DNA from: an uncultured Verrucomicrobiae bacterium | GTDB taxonomy: Bacteria > Verrucomicrobiota > Verrucomicrobiia > Chthoniobacterales > Chthoniobacteraceae | Length of the DNA: 64,000 nt | NCBI GenBank assembly: GCA_963769025.1 | Contig: CAVYKI010000006.1 | Coordinates: 224,001 to 288,000, forward strand | Direction of reading: 5' to 3' | Part shown: positions 63,100 to 64,000 of the stretch, piece after piece | Numbering within the stretch: position 1 is the stretch's first letter | Layout of the letters: each line of letters starts with the position of its first letter | Translations under genes and position numbers: made by a program | The notes under the pieces: generated by a model | The model's input: only the letters and a program-made list of their open reading frames with translations | Databases searched by the model: none | Told to the model about the DNA's origin: nothing

Positions 63100-63699
63100 T
63101 CAGAGCCCGGGGATTTTCACCGCGCCCGGCGCTTCCGTCGGCGTCACGGGCGCCGACTGGGCGGCACCCTTCGGCTTCACGACGATCGCGTACGGCTCGT
63201 ACACAAACTGCACGCCCGCCAGTTCGCCCACGTAGCGCAGCACCTCGGCGAAGGGCACCTTTTGCAGCGCGATGGTCACCTTGGCGTTCTGCGTCGCCTC
63301 GTCGAGTTTCAGCACGAAATTGATCGCCACCTTTCCCTCGCCGATTTGCATCCCTTTCTGCCGGAGAAAATCGAGCGCCTCCGTCAGCGACGCCTCGCGG
63401 AGTTCCACCTTCTCGAGGATCAGCTTTTTCAGCGCCTCTTCCGTGACGTTACGCGGAGCCTTGCCGGCGCTTTGCGCCATCTCATCCGCGATGATCCTGC
63501 GCAGGTACGACACCGCCGTCTTGTTGTTCGGGTCGAGCCTCCGGACGAGTTCGAATTTCTCCTTCGCCGTGGCCAGGTCGTTGCGGATGTAAGCGCGCTG
63601 CGCCTCGGTCATCAGGTCGCTGATGTCGTTGGCGAGGCTGGTGGAAACGAGGGACGCAAGCGCGAGCATCCACACGCGGGATTTCATGAGGGGGATCAT
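63100..63699 (-). CDS. Secreted TPR + STN/secretin-N-like domain protein
   Basis: Signal peptide, TPR-like helix pair (A.EKFE.V..LDP.N..A..YL), then L..V.LREASL.EALDFL.......INFVL...KVT..L..VP..E.LRY..ELAG. Confidence 0.7.
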   Translation of the reverse strand: MIPLMKSRVWMLALASLVSTSLANDISDLMTEAQRAYIRNDLATAKEKFELVRRLDPNNKTAVSYLRRIIADEMAQSAGKAPRNVTEEALKKLILEKVELREASLTEALDFLRQKGMQIGEGKVAINFVLKLDEATQNAKVTIALQKVPFAEVLRYVGELAGVQFVYEPYAIVVKPKGAAQSAPVTPTEAPGAVKIPGL

Positions 63700-63756
63700 G
63701 GTGAAAATGATGCCCGGAACCGCCTGCTCCGCAATGAAACTGTTCGTTATCTGGCG

Positions 63757-64000
63757 CTACGCCGGAGCGCCGCTGAGACCGCCGGGGAAGTCGAGATTCG
63801 GCTGCTGGTCGGCAGGCGTTTCCTTCCCGGGCGGGGGCGCGACGGTTTTCGAGGCGCCGCCAGTCGGCGGGTTCGGCGGATTCTTCATCGTGCCGGTCGT
63901 CGCAATGTCCTTCACCTGCTCGCCGTCGAGCGTCTCGAATTCGAGGAGCGCCTTGGCGATGATTTCAACCTTGTCGCGGTTGGCAGAGATGAGCTGCAGC
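63757..64000 (-). CDS. ftsH: ATP-dependent protease FtsH, C-terminal fragment
   Basis: Manual translation: ...LQLISANRDKVEIIAKALLEFETLDGEQVKDI...PGGLSGAPA*. Confidence 0.85.
   Translation of the reverse strand, partial: LQLISANRDKVEIIAKALLEFETLDGEQVKDIATTGTMKNPPNPPTGGASKTVAPPPGKETPADQQPNLDFPGGLSGAPA

Overview
GC-rich bacterial chromosome segment. The gene content (an Amuc_1098-1102-type pilus-like operon, an RsmA-Nudix fusion, a PPC + DUF1549/DUF1553 pair, a giant adhesin ending in an FYR motif) points to Verrucomicrobiota, probably Chthoniobacterales-like; this is inference. Most of the window is housekeeping (ftsY, nusB, ribH, guaB, ruvC, lipB, HU, rsmA, bcp, tmk, thiE, manC, ruvX, truA, ftsH end). 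It is interspersed with an exbB-exbD-tonB-Zn-ribbon operon, a KimA/KUP-like transporter fused to a USP domain, two signalling clusters, a 2216-aa mosaic surface protein with seven 252-bp IPT/TIG repeats, Tat-exported oxidoreductases, an orphan beta-class DNA methyltransferase and oppBC. I saw no tRNA, rRNA, CRISPR array, transposase, integrase or phage gene. About ten genes carry frameshifts, mostly one extra base in a short homopolymer, which look like long-read errors rather than pseudogenes. The best novelty leads are: (1) a possible verrucomicrobial export system linking the pilus/secretin operon, a stand-alone secretin-N-domain protein and FYR-tailed cargo; (2) an unannotated sigma54-promoter / 58-codon ORF / hairpin unit; (3) short-period repeat hairpins that pair best on the transcribed strand; (4) a ~140-nt structured intergenic element; (5) the KimA-like-USP transporter. 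All family assignments come from motif recognition, not database searches.
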